A stretch of 64,000 nucleotides of DNA from the human T2T-CHM13v2.0 reference genome, Homo sapiens. A model generated the notes under the pieces. That model was not told where the DNA came from. It saw nothing but the letters and a program-made list of their open reading frames with translations, and did not search any database. This document shows positions 16,201 to 28,773 of the stretch, one piece after another (position 1 is the first letter of the stretch; every line of letters starts with the position of its first letter). The stretch lies in the NCBI RefSeq assembly GCF_009914755.1, contig NC_060930.1; one strand, given 5' to 3'. Both the position numbers and the translations under genes were made by a program.

Positions 16201-16697
16201 ACAGAAGCATTAGTAAGCTTAGGAGGGAGAAAGGTTGAGGAGAAGTTATTAACATTGTCATATACCAAATGGGTCAAGGGAAGAATTAAGGAGAGGCGGA
16301 AAAATGCCCATGAGAGCAGTAATTAGAATGTGACCCCAGAGACACACCATGGATTCTAATTAAAGTGGATAGAGGGTGACTGTGAGGGGAAAAGTAGTTA
16401 TGAGGAATTGAGTCTAGTTTCAAGATTCTGAGTTTTGAAAGAAACGATAAAGATAATAGCTAGAGGGGGGAAATAATGAGAATCAGGGGTTTCTTTTTTG
16501 TTTTGTTTTCATGATCATCAATTAAATGTTTCAAAGTTAGTCAGTGATTTCTATCTGGGCTCTGATGAAGGGGCTTTGAGTGACCAGTTGTATGAACTTA
16601 GTCAACTTGTCAAGTCTCTTTGACTTCTCATCCATTGAAAGGGAAAAAAAGAAAGCTGTTTTTATCCTATGGAGTTGGTGGATTTCAGAAATATTTT

Positions 16698-17079
16698 TCT
16701 TCAGTTTTCTTTTATTTTATTTATAATTTCAACTTTTAGAATCACAAGTTACATGTGCAGGTTTGTTATATGAGTAGATTGTGTGATGCTGAGGTTTAGG
16801 GTGTGAATGATCCCATCACCCAGATTGTGAACACAGCACCCAACAGTTAGTTTTCAACCCTTGCCCCTCCCTCCTTCCCACCTCGATTAGTCCCTAGTGT
16901 CTATTGTTCCCATCTTTATGTCCATGAGTACTCAATGTTTAGCTCCCACTTGTAAGTGAGAACATGCGGTATTTGGTTTTCTGTTCCTGCAGTAAATTCA
17001 CTTAGGATAATGACCTCCAGCTGGTACATACATACCATGGAATACTATGCAGCCAAAACATAATGGAATCATGTCCTTT
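16698..17079 (-). mobile_element. Short L1PA15/16-like 3' end with a 5' inversion
   Basis: Antisense L1 3' end 16698-17022 plus a sense piece 17023-17079, all inside a 15-bp TSD TTTCAGAAATATTTT (16683-16697 / 17078-17092). Confidence 0.85.
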
Positions 17080-17589
17080 TCAGAAATATTTTAAAGAAGA
17101 GAATATTGTTTATATTTTAGGTGTGTGTGTTTAGGAGATATTTTAAATGTTATACTCCATCAAGTCTTCAATACATTTGGGGGAAACAGAAAATAAACTA
17201 ATTTTACTTTCTACCTCATTGTTTGGTCTTAGGCTAAAATCCATGTTTTACGGAGAATTCAAGAAATTTTTAAACTTCAGGTAGAACTGTGTTTTTTACA
17301 AATGTATAGAAAGCATAGTGCCTAATGCATGGTAGAAACTCATTAAATGATTATTAAATTGTTCTACTTTTCATATTTAAGGATGAAAAATATTAGAGAT
17401 TCTCCATCAATCAGATTATAAAATTCTTTATACTGGAGAAATTTCTTATACCATATTTTTTATTTGTCAGAGAATTGATTCTAAAAAACAATAAAACTAT
17501 GCCACAAAAAAAACTAGTAATATTGAGTAGTGCAGCAAAACCTGGGTAACTAAGTCTAACTAGGTAGGTTAATTGAAGTTACTGGAAAA

Positions 17590-18220
17590 TTTATTCATAC
17601 ATTCAACAAGTGTTCATTGAGCACTTATTATGTGACAGGCCTTGTGCTAGGCTTCTTGCTCTCATAGAGTATACATTCTAGAGGGAGAGCCAATTAAATA
17701 AATTAATATACAATATGTCAGGGAGATAATTGCCTTGAAGAAGAATAAAATGAGATAATGGGATAGTAGGCAATTAGTACAAATGTTTTCATTTTGTATG
17801 AGGAGAGCAGGAAGGGAATCTCTGAACAGGGGATGTTTGAGCTGAGACACAGGACATGAAGAATGGCTGGGAGAACTGTGTTCCTGGGAAAGGGGAAATC
17901 AAGTGCAGAGGTCCTCACCTGGGAACACATTGGGTGTGTTTGACAAACAGCAGGTTAGACTGGGGAGATGGGATGTAGGGAATTGGGGCTCTGTGAGTGA
18001 GGGGAATCACCTAGGAGATGAGGTCAAGAAATGGGGCATCAGTGTGCCATATAAGGAAGCAAGGCCTTAGAGACTGTGGGAGGAATTTGGGAACTACTCT
18101 AAGAGACATGAGAAGGCATTAGAGGGTTTAGAGCAGAGGACTGATTGCATTGAGCTGGTTATCACTCTAACTGCCTTGGGGAGAATAGGCTGTTCTAGGG
18201 CAAGTGTGGCTTGGGGAGAT
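17590..18220 (-). mobile_element. L2 fragment; boundaries approximate
   Basis: attcatacattcaacaagtgttcattgagcacttattatgtgacaggc (antisense L2 3' end) followed by a purine-rich L2 body. Confidence 0.6.
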
Positions 18221-20029
18221 AAAGTTCAAACAAATGTAACTTTTTGTTTCCTTGAAATATATAATAAAGTAAAGCTACCTATTCAGGGAGTTTGTGCAAG
18301 TAATAGCACTGTCAGATCTACTACAATAAATAGGTGATAATGGTTTGTAATTAGCAAAGTAACTATTCATATAGAAATCATTCAGTTGATGCTAGTTGAC
18401 TAATCACTCCTCATGCAATCTTACTCTTGTATTTGATGAACTTTGTTTTGAAGCCAGTGCAATATGAAGTGCACCATCCCTCCTCAGCAGGGACAAATTA
18501 CCAGATTATTGAGATCAGACTCCTTAAAATTAATGTTATTATAACATTCTGTTGTAAAGAAAGAATTATATGGCAGGTATTTTTGTCAAGCTTTTAGGAA
18601 CTGTTGGAGTGCTTTAAATTTATAACATTGTGTGTTCCCCTTAAATGTTCATGGTTGGAACACATCTAATTTTATGCAATATTTAAAAACTTTTTTGGCA
18701 GTGAGATTCATAGGGCAGAAGTTACAGAATGATTTCATTTTGGAAAATAAGTGAAAAGTAAAGATAACACATGAGCCCAATAAAATAGTCCATTTTCTTG
18801 ATTTTTTTTTTTTTTTGCCAATATCTTTTTCATGAGGGCAGACCATGGTGCATTATTCCACCCCCGCCCCCAGCATTTGCAAACCACCAGTCATTTCCTT
18901 AGGGACCTTAACAAACGGAAGCATTGAATTCTCTTCAGTCAGTGGTGCCTCCCACCTGGGAAAAAGACAGCTCTGTAATTGAATCCCAGCATATGCATTG
19001 TCATCCCTCCTGCCTGCTCTCCTGGTGCTACAGCAAATTAAAAGATCTCCAAGGGTCAGCCTGCCTCCCAGCTGCCAGCCCCAGTAGACATGAGGGAGCC
19101 AGCAAGGACCAGGTGGAGCAGTTTTGAGTTGCACTAAACACACGGCGCAAGGAGATTGGCCATAACTTCCCAATTGAATATTTATGCCAGCCACATTTCT
19201 CATCTTGCTCTTTGGCACTGAACACAGGGCTGAGCTCCTGCTGATTTCAGGGCGCTGCATTGTGTTTGGATCAGCTTTGTGAAGTATTACACCAGATGAG
19301 AAATGGGCCCAAGTTCCTATCACTAAGACGGCTGGTTGACTTTTTTTTTTTTTTTCATGGAGACTATCAAGTTATAGTATCAAAAGCTGGGGCAGTGAGG
19401 GAGTTCCCTGACATCTCCTGACACTGCTGTTACATGAATCGTACACAACTTCAACCATTGCTTGCTATGGAGTGGAACTTTAATGGCTCCTATTCAGGGA
19501 CAGACAAATATACTCTGATTTGTATATTACTGCATGTTCGTCTTTTTTTTTCAAGGTTTTATTTTTGTTTGCTAAGGTCAGGGACTTATCACAGGGCCCT
19601 CTCATCACATTTCACATTCTGATCCCTCGTGGCAGGTGCTAACTTCCTTGCTCTCAAACTGAATGGGTTGAGTAACCTCATAAAGATACAGAATGTCTTG
19701 GCAGAGAAAGGAAAAGACTACAGAATGCCTGTCTATGGAAGAGTCTCAGTGTTATTTAGTTATTAGTTAGCCCTGTAAACCCGAGAAGATATTTGGAAAC
19801 CCATCTACACACACCCATTAACTTTTTCTAGGTGGTGGATCACAGACTTAAATTCATGTTCCTGATTCCTAATCCATATTGTTATCTAATAAAAGCACAT
19901 TCCTTATGTAGATTTTATCATGAAATTTGCTTAAAAAAATCATTCTCTTCAATTGTATTTTTGTATAGCATAATAAACTATAGATCAGTGAACCACTGAA
20001 CTTCTTGTGAATTGCTGGTTCTAAAATGA

Positions 20030-21270
20030 AATTCTCAAATGATTAAATTTAAATAATTAGGAGGCAGTGATAATGAGAAGCCAATATAAGTTCTGTAGGC
20101 AAAAGACATGCCAGAGTAACCTCATAGTCTTTTGTGACAGCAGTACCAGAAAGGAAGAGCAAAGACATGCATTACACTTAGAACACATAGAATTCAGCCA
20201 AGCGCATGCCAGAGGCTCGGATATTTATGAGAAAAAGACAGAAATTAGCTCAATAACTATTCCCGATGAACTGATATAAATCTGGAGGTATACCTCTAGT
20301 ACCCTCTTTAAGACCTGTCCTTGGCATTGTGCTTTTCAACATGACTACAGGCATGCGCCACCACGCCCAGCTAATTTTTGTATTTTTAGTAGAGAGGGGG
20401 TTTCACCATGTTGGCCAGGATGGTCTCCATCTCTTGACCTCATGATCCACCCACCTTGGCCTCCCAAAATGCTGGGATTACAGGCGTGAGCCACTGTGGC
20501 TGGCCAACATGTTTATTGTGAGGGCATTGAGGGCATGCTAAGAAAGTTTGTAGGTGAGATAGGAACTTCACTGGGAAAGAGGACATTGAACAGCAGAATC
20601 AGAATCTAACAGACAGGCTGAAACAATGGACTCAAGTCCAACAAGATGGCATTTAGGAGAAACACATGAAAAGCTGTTCACTCGGGTCCCAAATGCCAAC
20701 TGCATGTGTAGTGAGCGACTGGGAGGACACAGGGCTCTCAAGCATCACATGGGACAAAGACTTGAGAATTTCACTGGCTGGGTTTAGGCATGAATTAGGA
20801 CTGCACAGTGTCTGAGGACAAAGCTAATGTACTCTTCAGTCTACACTGACAAGTGAGAGTTGTAATAGCCTTGCCATATTTTGGACCACAACTGTGTGAC
20901 TATGGGGACCACTGTTAAAGAAGAATCCTGGAGATCTTATGGAAGAGAATGCTAGGAAAGTAAAAGAGTTTGAGATGGACTGAGTGGACTGAGGGAATTG
21001 GAGATGCCCTCCCTGAGAGAGAAAAAGCTCTTGGGCAGGACAGGTCATTGATGTGTGAAAGACTGTTATATGAAAGAAGGTTTAGACTTGACCCATGACA
21101 ATAAATGAATTTTCTTGGACCAAAGTTTCAGGGAAGCCCCGGATAGAAAACTTTCTGATAGTATAAGTTATCTGAAAATGAAAGGGCTGCCTCTTAAGAA
21201 AATGATTTTCTTGACACTACAAGTTTTCAAATAGACAAACCAGGCTGTTTTATTGTCTGTGTTGTAGAAG
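20030..21270 (+). mobile_element. Ancient L3/CR1 LINE fragment interrupted by a truncated Alu; boundaries approximate
   Basis: CR1-like phrases (catgccagagtaacctcatagtcttttgtgacag, tgtccttggcattgtgcttttcaacatgtttatt, gaaagaaggtttagacttg). Confidence 0.5.
20343..20505 (-). mobile_element. 3'-truncated, tail-less AluSc-like fragment (left arm, linker and ~25 nt of the right arm)
   Basis: Alu 5' end intact at 20505; ends at gactacagg with no poly(A); flanked by a CAACATG repeat. Confidence 0.9.
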
Positions 21271-22689
21271 TGATTGTAGTAATAAAATTTATGAAGGATG
21301 CACTGTAGACCAACCTTTGGATACTTTTTTTTGTGTGATCTTATTTAATTCACACATTAGCCTTCCAGAGGATATTATTATCTCCAATATTGAGACTAAG
21401 GTCCCATGACTGGTAAATGAGGCAGAGTTTAAAATTCAGGTTTTAGTTGACAGTAGAGACTCTTAACACTGCTCTCATAGCCTTAAGCACAATATTCCAT
21501 TTTGCTTTTGAGGACATTTAATGTCCCTTCAGAACTGGAAATCTGATCATTTTAATAGGTTACCACCTTTTTTTTGTACATTATATCAATGCTTTGCTCT
21601 TGTTAGTACAACATTGGGAAACCTAGATTTGTTTATCCTGTGAACAGTTTGATCTTTACTGGTAGAGTTTTTTCTTAGAAAAAAACAGTGATATGTTTCT
21701 TAGTACAATTGATGGCATTAAATGTTTTGATTGTGGTCTTATGGCTTTACTCCACTACTTGCTAGAGGAAAATAATTTTCTGCTTCATTAATGATGGTTT
21801 GAACTGATCTGACAGAAAGTGAATCCTGTGCCATTCAAATAATGCTTGGAAAATCCATTGGATTTTTGTTTATTTCTTTGTTTTCCGATTAAGGGGGACT
21901 TTTAAAAACAAAAATTTAGGGAAATGCTTCTGGTTTTCGGAAACATTTATTCACATTTCTTGGGGTTGGAGAGAACTGACATGTTTTAAATTTGTTAGAG
22001 TCATAGTGAACAAAGGGGAAGAGTTGCAGGTCTCAAGTCTAGAGCTGTAGGCCCTGGAAAGGAAAAATTGCAAAAGTGTCCAGAGAACAGTGTGTTCATG
22101 GCTTTATTTGCTGTTAGTCCGAGGCCTGAGGTCACCCTGGCAGATGGGTCACTTGCACTGCAAGCACTCATGCTGGCCTCAGGGACAGGGATGAGGTCAC
22201 TGGCACATTTCAAAAACAGCTTCCTTTCTTTATGCATACACCACTTTCCTGGTCCTTGTTAAGGGTCTCCTTCCTCTTGCGGTTCCCATCTCTGCAGCTG
22301 ACCCCAGTTCTGACTGTGTCTGGGGAAATGGGTTGGTGAGGGCCTCCTTCTGGGACTATCTGTCCACCTGATCAGTGATATAGACACTGTGCCGCGGAGA
22401 GGAGACACATCTCCCAGCCAGCCTGCCAGCAGAGTAATTGGCTCAGGGTTACAAGTTGTGACAAGTGGTTTTTGGATCCTAATCTGAAATATGTCGGTTT
22501 AACATGACCTGGCATTGTTACCTGATGTTTTTAAATGCCCGTACTTTTTCCAGAAAGTGGGAACTGATACACAGCAGTGGCATGTCCTACTAATTTTCAT
22601 AAGATCTAAATTGATCAGGATGCTTTATTACTTTTTTTATTCCACAGTATATTTTTCCTCTTTGACTCTAAAGTGCATGTGCACGCGTG

Positions 22690-22732
22690 TACACACACAC
22701 ACAGATACAAACATGTGTGCACACACACACAC
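22690..22732. repeat. Interrupted (CA)n microsatellite
   Basis: acacacacacacagatacaaacatgtgtgcacacacacacac. Confidence 0.7.
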
Positions 22733-22788
22733 CTCCCCTCACTCATTTGGGAGATCTAACACTGCACATATAAATATTGAAACTTCCA

Positions 22789-23118
<330 letters not shown>

Positions 23119-24415
23119 CTAATTCCATCTCCCCTTACCTAGCCCCTTGCTCTCCTGCCTAGCCTGTGGGAATCTTTGAAGATTCTTTGTATTCTAAGAA
23201 CTGTCCCAAGAACAAAGTAGATGCTCAAGCAATGTTTGCTGAACTAGACTACATTTGAGTCCATGTAACCAAATGACTTTATCTACATTTTTTTCTATTC
23301 CTTTTATTCATTAGCACCCACTAAATATACTCCACTATTCTAGGAATAGGGAAAAAAATTCATGAACAAATTAGAAAACAATCCTACCCTGATGGTGCCT
23401 TACAGTCTTAATTACGTGAATAGAAGCTATTGTTGTTATTCTTACTTTTCAGGTAAGGAGAATTGAGGCTTTTGTCACATAGGAAGAAAAAATTATGAGC
23501 AACTCTTGCCCTTAAAATCATTCTGATGGTCAAATGCAAATTTGCTATTTTGGTGGACTCTTGAGAATGTGGGAAATAGACCCATGTCCACTTTATGCAA
23601 AGAGAAAAAGCTGGCATGAGTGGGAGTGTTTGAACATCAAGAATGCTTTTGCATTTCTTGGGTTGTGAACAACTGATGGAGTCAACTTATAAATAAGCAG
23701 GATCATGACTCATTACCAGGATCTGTACAGAATAAATAATGGCTTCAGAGTTCGAGTAGACTCTAAACTACACAGTTTTAAGGCTTCCCCTTTCTTGGGT
23801 TTGAAGAGGATATTTCAAATTATTAGAAAGAAATTCCATCTATGCTACAGAAAAATTGCAGGAAAAAAAAATCCCCAGAAACTAGTTGCATGTCTTTACA
23901 TTTTTCTTTCTTTTCCTTTTTTAAGTTTTTGTGTTTATGACTAAGTTCATTTTTTATATTGTCTGGAAAGATGCTAATATTCAAATGGCCTCATGACATA
24001 AGGACCACTAACAAGGGGTTGAAATAAACATCCTGGAAAGAAAGAATGACTACCTTTAAATATTATGAGCAGTGTACATTTGGCAGAGCAGATCCTTATA
24101 TTGACTTTAGTAACCTGAAAACTATTCAAAATGTTTTATTTCAGGGATATGCATTCCTGATTGTGATTTCATGGTGTGAATAAAATAAAGTCACTTAAAT
24201 TGATAGAAACAGTCTGAGCTCTGGCATCAGATAAACATGAGTTCAAGTTCTGGTGCTGCTACTTTCTATCTGTGTAACCTTGGGACTGCTGTGTATCCTC
24301 TCTGAGCCTCAATTTCTTCATCTGTAAAATGTGGAAAATTATATATTAATACGTTATTTTAAAGATTAAAGGTGATAATATATATATGAAAAACCAAACA
24401 CAGAATGTGTCATAC

Positions 24416-24804
24416 TGTAATAGTCCATTTTCATACTGCTGTAAAGAACTGCCCAAGACTGGGTAATTTATAGAGGAAAGAGGCTTAGTTGACTTACAGT
24501 TCCGCATGGCTGGGGAGGCTTCAGGAAACTTATAATTATGGCAAAAGGTGACCGGGAAGCAAGGCACCTTCTTCCCAAGGTAGCAGGGAGGAGAATGAAC
24601 ACAGGAGGAACTACCAAACACTTATGACACCATCAGATCTTGTGAGAACTCACTCACTATCTTGAGAATAGCATGGGGGAGACCGCCCCTATGACTTGAT
24701 TACCTCCACCTTGTCTCTCCCTTGACATGTGGGGATTATGAGGATTACAGGGATTACAATTCAAGATGAGATTTGGGTGGGGACACAAAGCCTAAACCAT
24801 ATCA
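24416..24804 (-). mobile_element. THE1D-like MaLR solo LTR inserted at the end of a MIR (~24212-24410)
   Basis: tgtaatagtcc...aaaccatatca termini; perfect 5-bp TSD CATAC (24411-15 / 24805-09). Confidence 0.9.
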
Positions 24805-25610
24805 CATACAATATATACACAGTAAAAACTGATACCCATTAATCATTTCCTGTTGCTTAAACCTAAGGTAAAATTTATAGATTTTACATTCTGTATAAAT
24901 TGGAATTAAAAAGAAAATGAAGTGTCACAATTAAATTAATCACAAAACATATAAAAGGAAATACAGGAATATTTTTGCTGTATTCTTAGTAGCCATAGTG
25001 TATCTCTGTTCTCTGAAGACTTTTAGTTGCAAGAAACATTGACCTACCTAAATGAATTCAAGCATAAGTAACTAAATTGTAAATATCTAGATAATTGCAT
25101 TTCGGTTTCCTGTGGACTGGAATGTAGAATGCCAAGGCTATTTTTATTTTGAGGTTTTTGTTTTTCAGGGGTAACATTTTCTGTTTCTTCTCTGCTCCTT
25201 TCTATGGTGTGTGCTTCATCCTTTTATTCCTGACCGGTGTTCCTTCTTTACTCATCTTGTATGTCGTCCAGATTGGCTATGAGCCCCTACACTACTTTGT
25301 GGCTTCAGTGATATCATTAAGCAGATACCTCCCCCAGGATCCCTTATTCGAATTCATCAAAACCCAGCTAAGAATTTCTGATGACATTTTCTAGAATCTT
25401 TAAGTTTACATTAATTTCTATCTGTTCCACTTTATGGACGCTTACTGTACTTTAATTTTCTATTCACAGGACGCTGCTTTGTCATTTAGATGGTAAACTC
25501 CTTGAGGGTAGGGCCATGTTTTCTTCACTCAGCAATCCTAACACCTGTGACAGTGCTTTACATGTAGTAAGCAACCATTAATTTGTTTGATCATTTAAAT
25601 TAAAAGTCTT

Positions 25611-25922
25611 GGCCGGGTGCGGTGGCTCACGCCTGTAATCCCAGCACTTTGGGAGGCCGAGGTGGGTGGATCACAAGGTCAGGAGATCGAGATCATCCTG
25701 GCTAACACAGTGAAATCCCGTCTCTACTAAAAATACAAAAAATTAGCCGGGCGTGGTGGCAGCCACCTGTAGTCCCAGCTACTCGGGAGGCTGAGGCAGG
25801 AGAATGGTGTGAACCCAGGAGACAGAGCTTGCAGTGAGCCAAGATGGCACCACTGCACTACTGTACTCCAGCCTGGGTGACAAAGCGAGACTCCGTCTCA
25901 AAAAAAAAAAAAAAAAAAAAAA
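25611..25922 (+). mobile_element. AluY, full length
   Basis: AluY diagnostics (gagatcgag, ggctaacac, gagaatgg, gagcttgcag); poly(A); TSD AAAAGTCTT. Confidence 0.95.
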
Positions 25923-26324
25923 GTCTTTGGGTTGGGCGAGTCTAGTAGAAGATAATGACTTTACGAGCATTTAGCATTGACTGTAATTAAGTCTGTTATC
26001 GGGATGTGCTACAGATACTACTTGGTACTGTTTTTGAGCTCATCTTTGTTCTTGGATTTCACATCTCTTTTTCTTCTGTTTGTTCCATGATTGGCAAATC
26101 TTCTGATTCCTGACTGCCATTTAAATTCATTTATCCCAGTTTTTCACACTTAAATTCACCTTGTCACACTCACATGCTTGATTTCACAGCTGTTTCTAAG
26201 ATGGTTATGGCTTACACACCATTTCACTCATTCATTTATTACTGAAATGTTTCTTGAGAAACTGCTTTTCTTGAGAAACTACTTTTTCAGGCAGCTTTGC
26301 AGGCAATAAGGATATAGCAGTGAT

Positions 26325-26815
26325 TCACTGGAATGAAATAATACAAATTAAAATCAGCAAAGGAAAAAGGCATATGGGGCAGAGTTCAGGAGAAACCGGA
26401 GTTTATTTCCAGTTGTCTTCTGTCCAGAGTTGTACAAATAGCACTTATTTGTCCCTACAACAATGTGCGACAGTACATGCAGAGCGTTGCCAATGGTGGA
26501 TGCTCATCCAAGCCTTAGTGCCCAGGGGTCACTATTATTGGAGGTCAGTTATATAAACATGTCTGACCACCCATGTGGCTGACCTTCATTACTGTTTTTA
26601 GCCCCTTCATAAGTCAGACTGATTCTGCGTGGCTCAAAGCCCCCACCAGGAATCACATTGTTAGCATCATTGTTAGCAAAGAGTATCTGGTGTGGCCCAA
26701 GGCTCCAGCTAAACACAGGTACTCTAATAAGTTAAGATATTCCAAGGGCTTAAAGGTTATCTCCCAGGAATTGGTCAAGGGACAGACCTTTCTTTTGAAT
26801 GTGCAGGGTTTGGAC
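26325..26815. mobile_element. MER21-like ERVL LTR fragment
   Basis: aaaatcagcaaaggaaaaaggcatatggggcagagttcaggagaaacc ... gatattccaagggcttaaaggttatctcccagg. Confidence 0.6.
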
Positions 26816-28222
26816 GATACACTTTTTACTGCACAAGGGCTAACCTCACTTATTTTCTTTCTTCTCTCAAGGACCAAGCCCTGCGCCATCTAAACAATTG
26901 TTTCCAACGTTGTTTCCTCAGTTTTAGTTTTATAGTGGCAATATTAGGTCCCAGTTACTCTATCATAGACAGGAATTATAGTCAAGTAATTTGAACAACT
27001 CTTTATAAAATGTTATTTCATTCTTATTACTTCCTTTCTATGCTTTTGAATATATTCTATAATGTGCCTATATAAAAATGTACATAATTAATTAGCACAT
27101 ATAAATGACACCTAAATAAATATGTACACATATTTGAGGTGCTTACTTTTTTTATTCAATTAACAATCTAGTAGTTTGGAAGCTACTGAGTTTGACAGCT
27201 GTTTATTTGCATCTTTAATAGGAAGGGCACTTCAGGAGTTAACAAAGATAAATGAAAAAGAATCTTGTTATCACAGACATCCTGTGGCAGCTTCTTTTTT
27301 TTCATTTGTTTTCTAGAAGAACGTGTACACAAATGACAATAAGTTAAGACAGAGTGTGAAAAGTGCTGCAGAGGAAGGTAAAAATAATATAACAAAAATA
27401 TGACAGTATGACCAGGTCACTTCTGGTTTTGAGGACCAGAAAAAGCTGTTTGGAGAAAGTAGCATTTCTGAGGTATTTAAACATTGATTAAGATGGTTTT
27501 CAGGAGCTATCAGACAAGAAAGATGCTGTACAAGCTAAAATTGTGAAGGGGAAATTGTGACAATAGTACAATAATCATTTCTGATACAAGAAACTGTATA
27601 CTAGGTGATTACTTGAAGATAAAGCTGAATGGAGAGTTGTGAATGTCTGGGTAAGGCATTGGGACAGGATAGTACTGATTATATTTGTAAAGAGAAGACA
27701 TATAATAAGAGCTAAGTTTGGATTTCTCAGAAATCACATATAACTTTATTTTTGTTCCCCTCTATGCATTTCTTATGATTGGCTTTAATAAAGCATTCTG
27801 TTATTTTCAGAATTTGACTGATGTGTTTAGCTGTGGTTTTTCTTTTTCCTATTTGATGTTTGTGGTGCTGTAAGGCTCTGGGGTTGATGTTTTTCATCAG
27901 ATTTGGGAAAATTTTGACCATTACTTATTCCAATATTATTCTGTATCATTCTCTTTCTCCTGTTTTTTTGATAATATTACACAGGTTACTTATACTCAAT
28001 TAAGTTTCCACTCCCACTTTTTTCCTCTGTGCTTCAGTTTGGATAATTTGCATTGGCCCAGCTTCAGATATCCTGGTCCTTTCTTTTGCAATGTCCAATA
28101 TGCTGTTAAGTCCACTCAAATAATACTTATGTAATATATTGTTATTTTCATTCTAGAAATTTTATTTAGTTCTTTTTTAAGAGTTTCCATTTCTTCTCCC
28201 TATGCAATATAGAGATACATAC

Positions 28223-28773
28223 TGTTATAAATAAAGCTTCAATGCTGCAAAAGAAATGGCACTCGAATATAAAATTTTCTTTTTAATTCTCAGCAAGGCA
28301 ACATACTTCTATAGAAGGGTGTGCACTTACAGATAGAGCAATGGTGAGTGCACACCTGGACAACAGAGGGAAAGGGGTTCTTACCCCTGAGGCACATAGC
28401 CCCTGCTGCCGTGTCTTTCCCCTATTGGCTATGGTGAGATGGCTAAACTAATTCTGATTGGCTAATTTAAAGAGAGTGACAGGGTGAGTGGTCTGGTGGA
28501 AAAAAATGGTTATCCAGGGTGGAGAATGAGTCAGGGCGGAGCAGGTAGTAGGTAATTGGAATGAGTTGGGATGAAGCAGGTAATCAGAATGAGCCAGGGT
28601 GAAGCAGGTAATTGGAATGAGTCAGGGTGGAGCAGGTAATCAGAATGAGTCAGGGTGGAACAGGTAATTGAAAAGGGTTGCTTTATGAGGAAGTTAAGTT
28701 TAAAAGTAGAAGGCAAAGAATCAATACTGACATATTGATTCTTTGAAAAGAAATTTAGAACTCATATCTAACA
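28223..28773 (-). mobile_element. LTR10 (LTR10F-like, HERV-I family) solo LTR with an internal 28-bp AP-1 tandem repeat
   Basis: Minus strand starts TGTTAGATATGAGTTCTAAATTTCTTTTCAAAGAATC; TG...CA termini; 4-bp TSD ATAC (28219-22 / 28774-77). Confidence 0.88.
28524..28670. repeat. Five-unit ~28-bp VNTR (GAATGAGTCAGGGTGGAGCAGGTAATYR) with three intact TGAGTCA sites
   Basis: TGAGTCA at 28527, 28618 and 28646; mutated copies at 28562 (TGAGTTG) and 28590 (TGAGCCA). Confidence 0.9.

Noticed and set aside
26251-26286. Small tandem duplications (ttcttgagaaactRcttt x2 here, and ~26 bp in MER20 at 45485-45535)
   Set aside because: Ordinary slippage duplications with no apparent consequence
28524-28670. 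Regular 28-bp repeats as a CRISPR-like array
   Set aside because: Units are contiguous with no unique spacers and sit inside an LTR10; there are no cas genes and the context is eukaryotic
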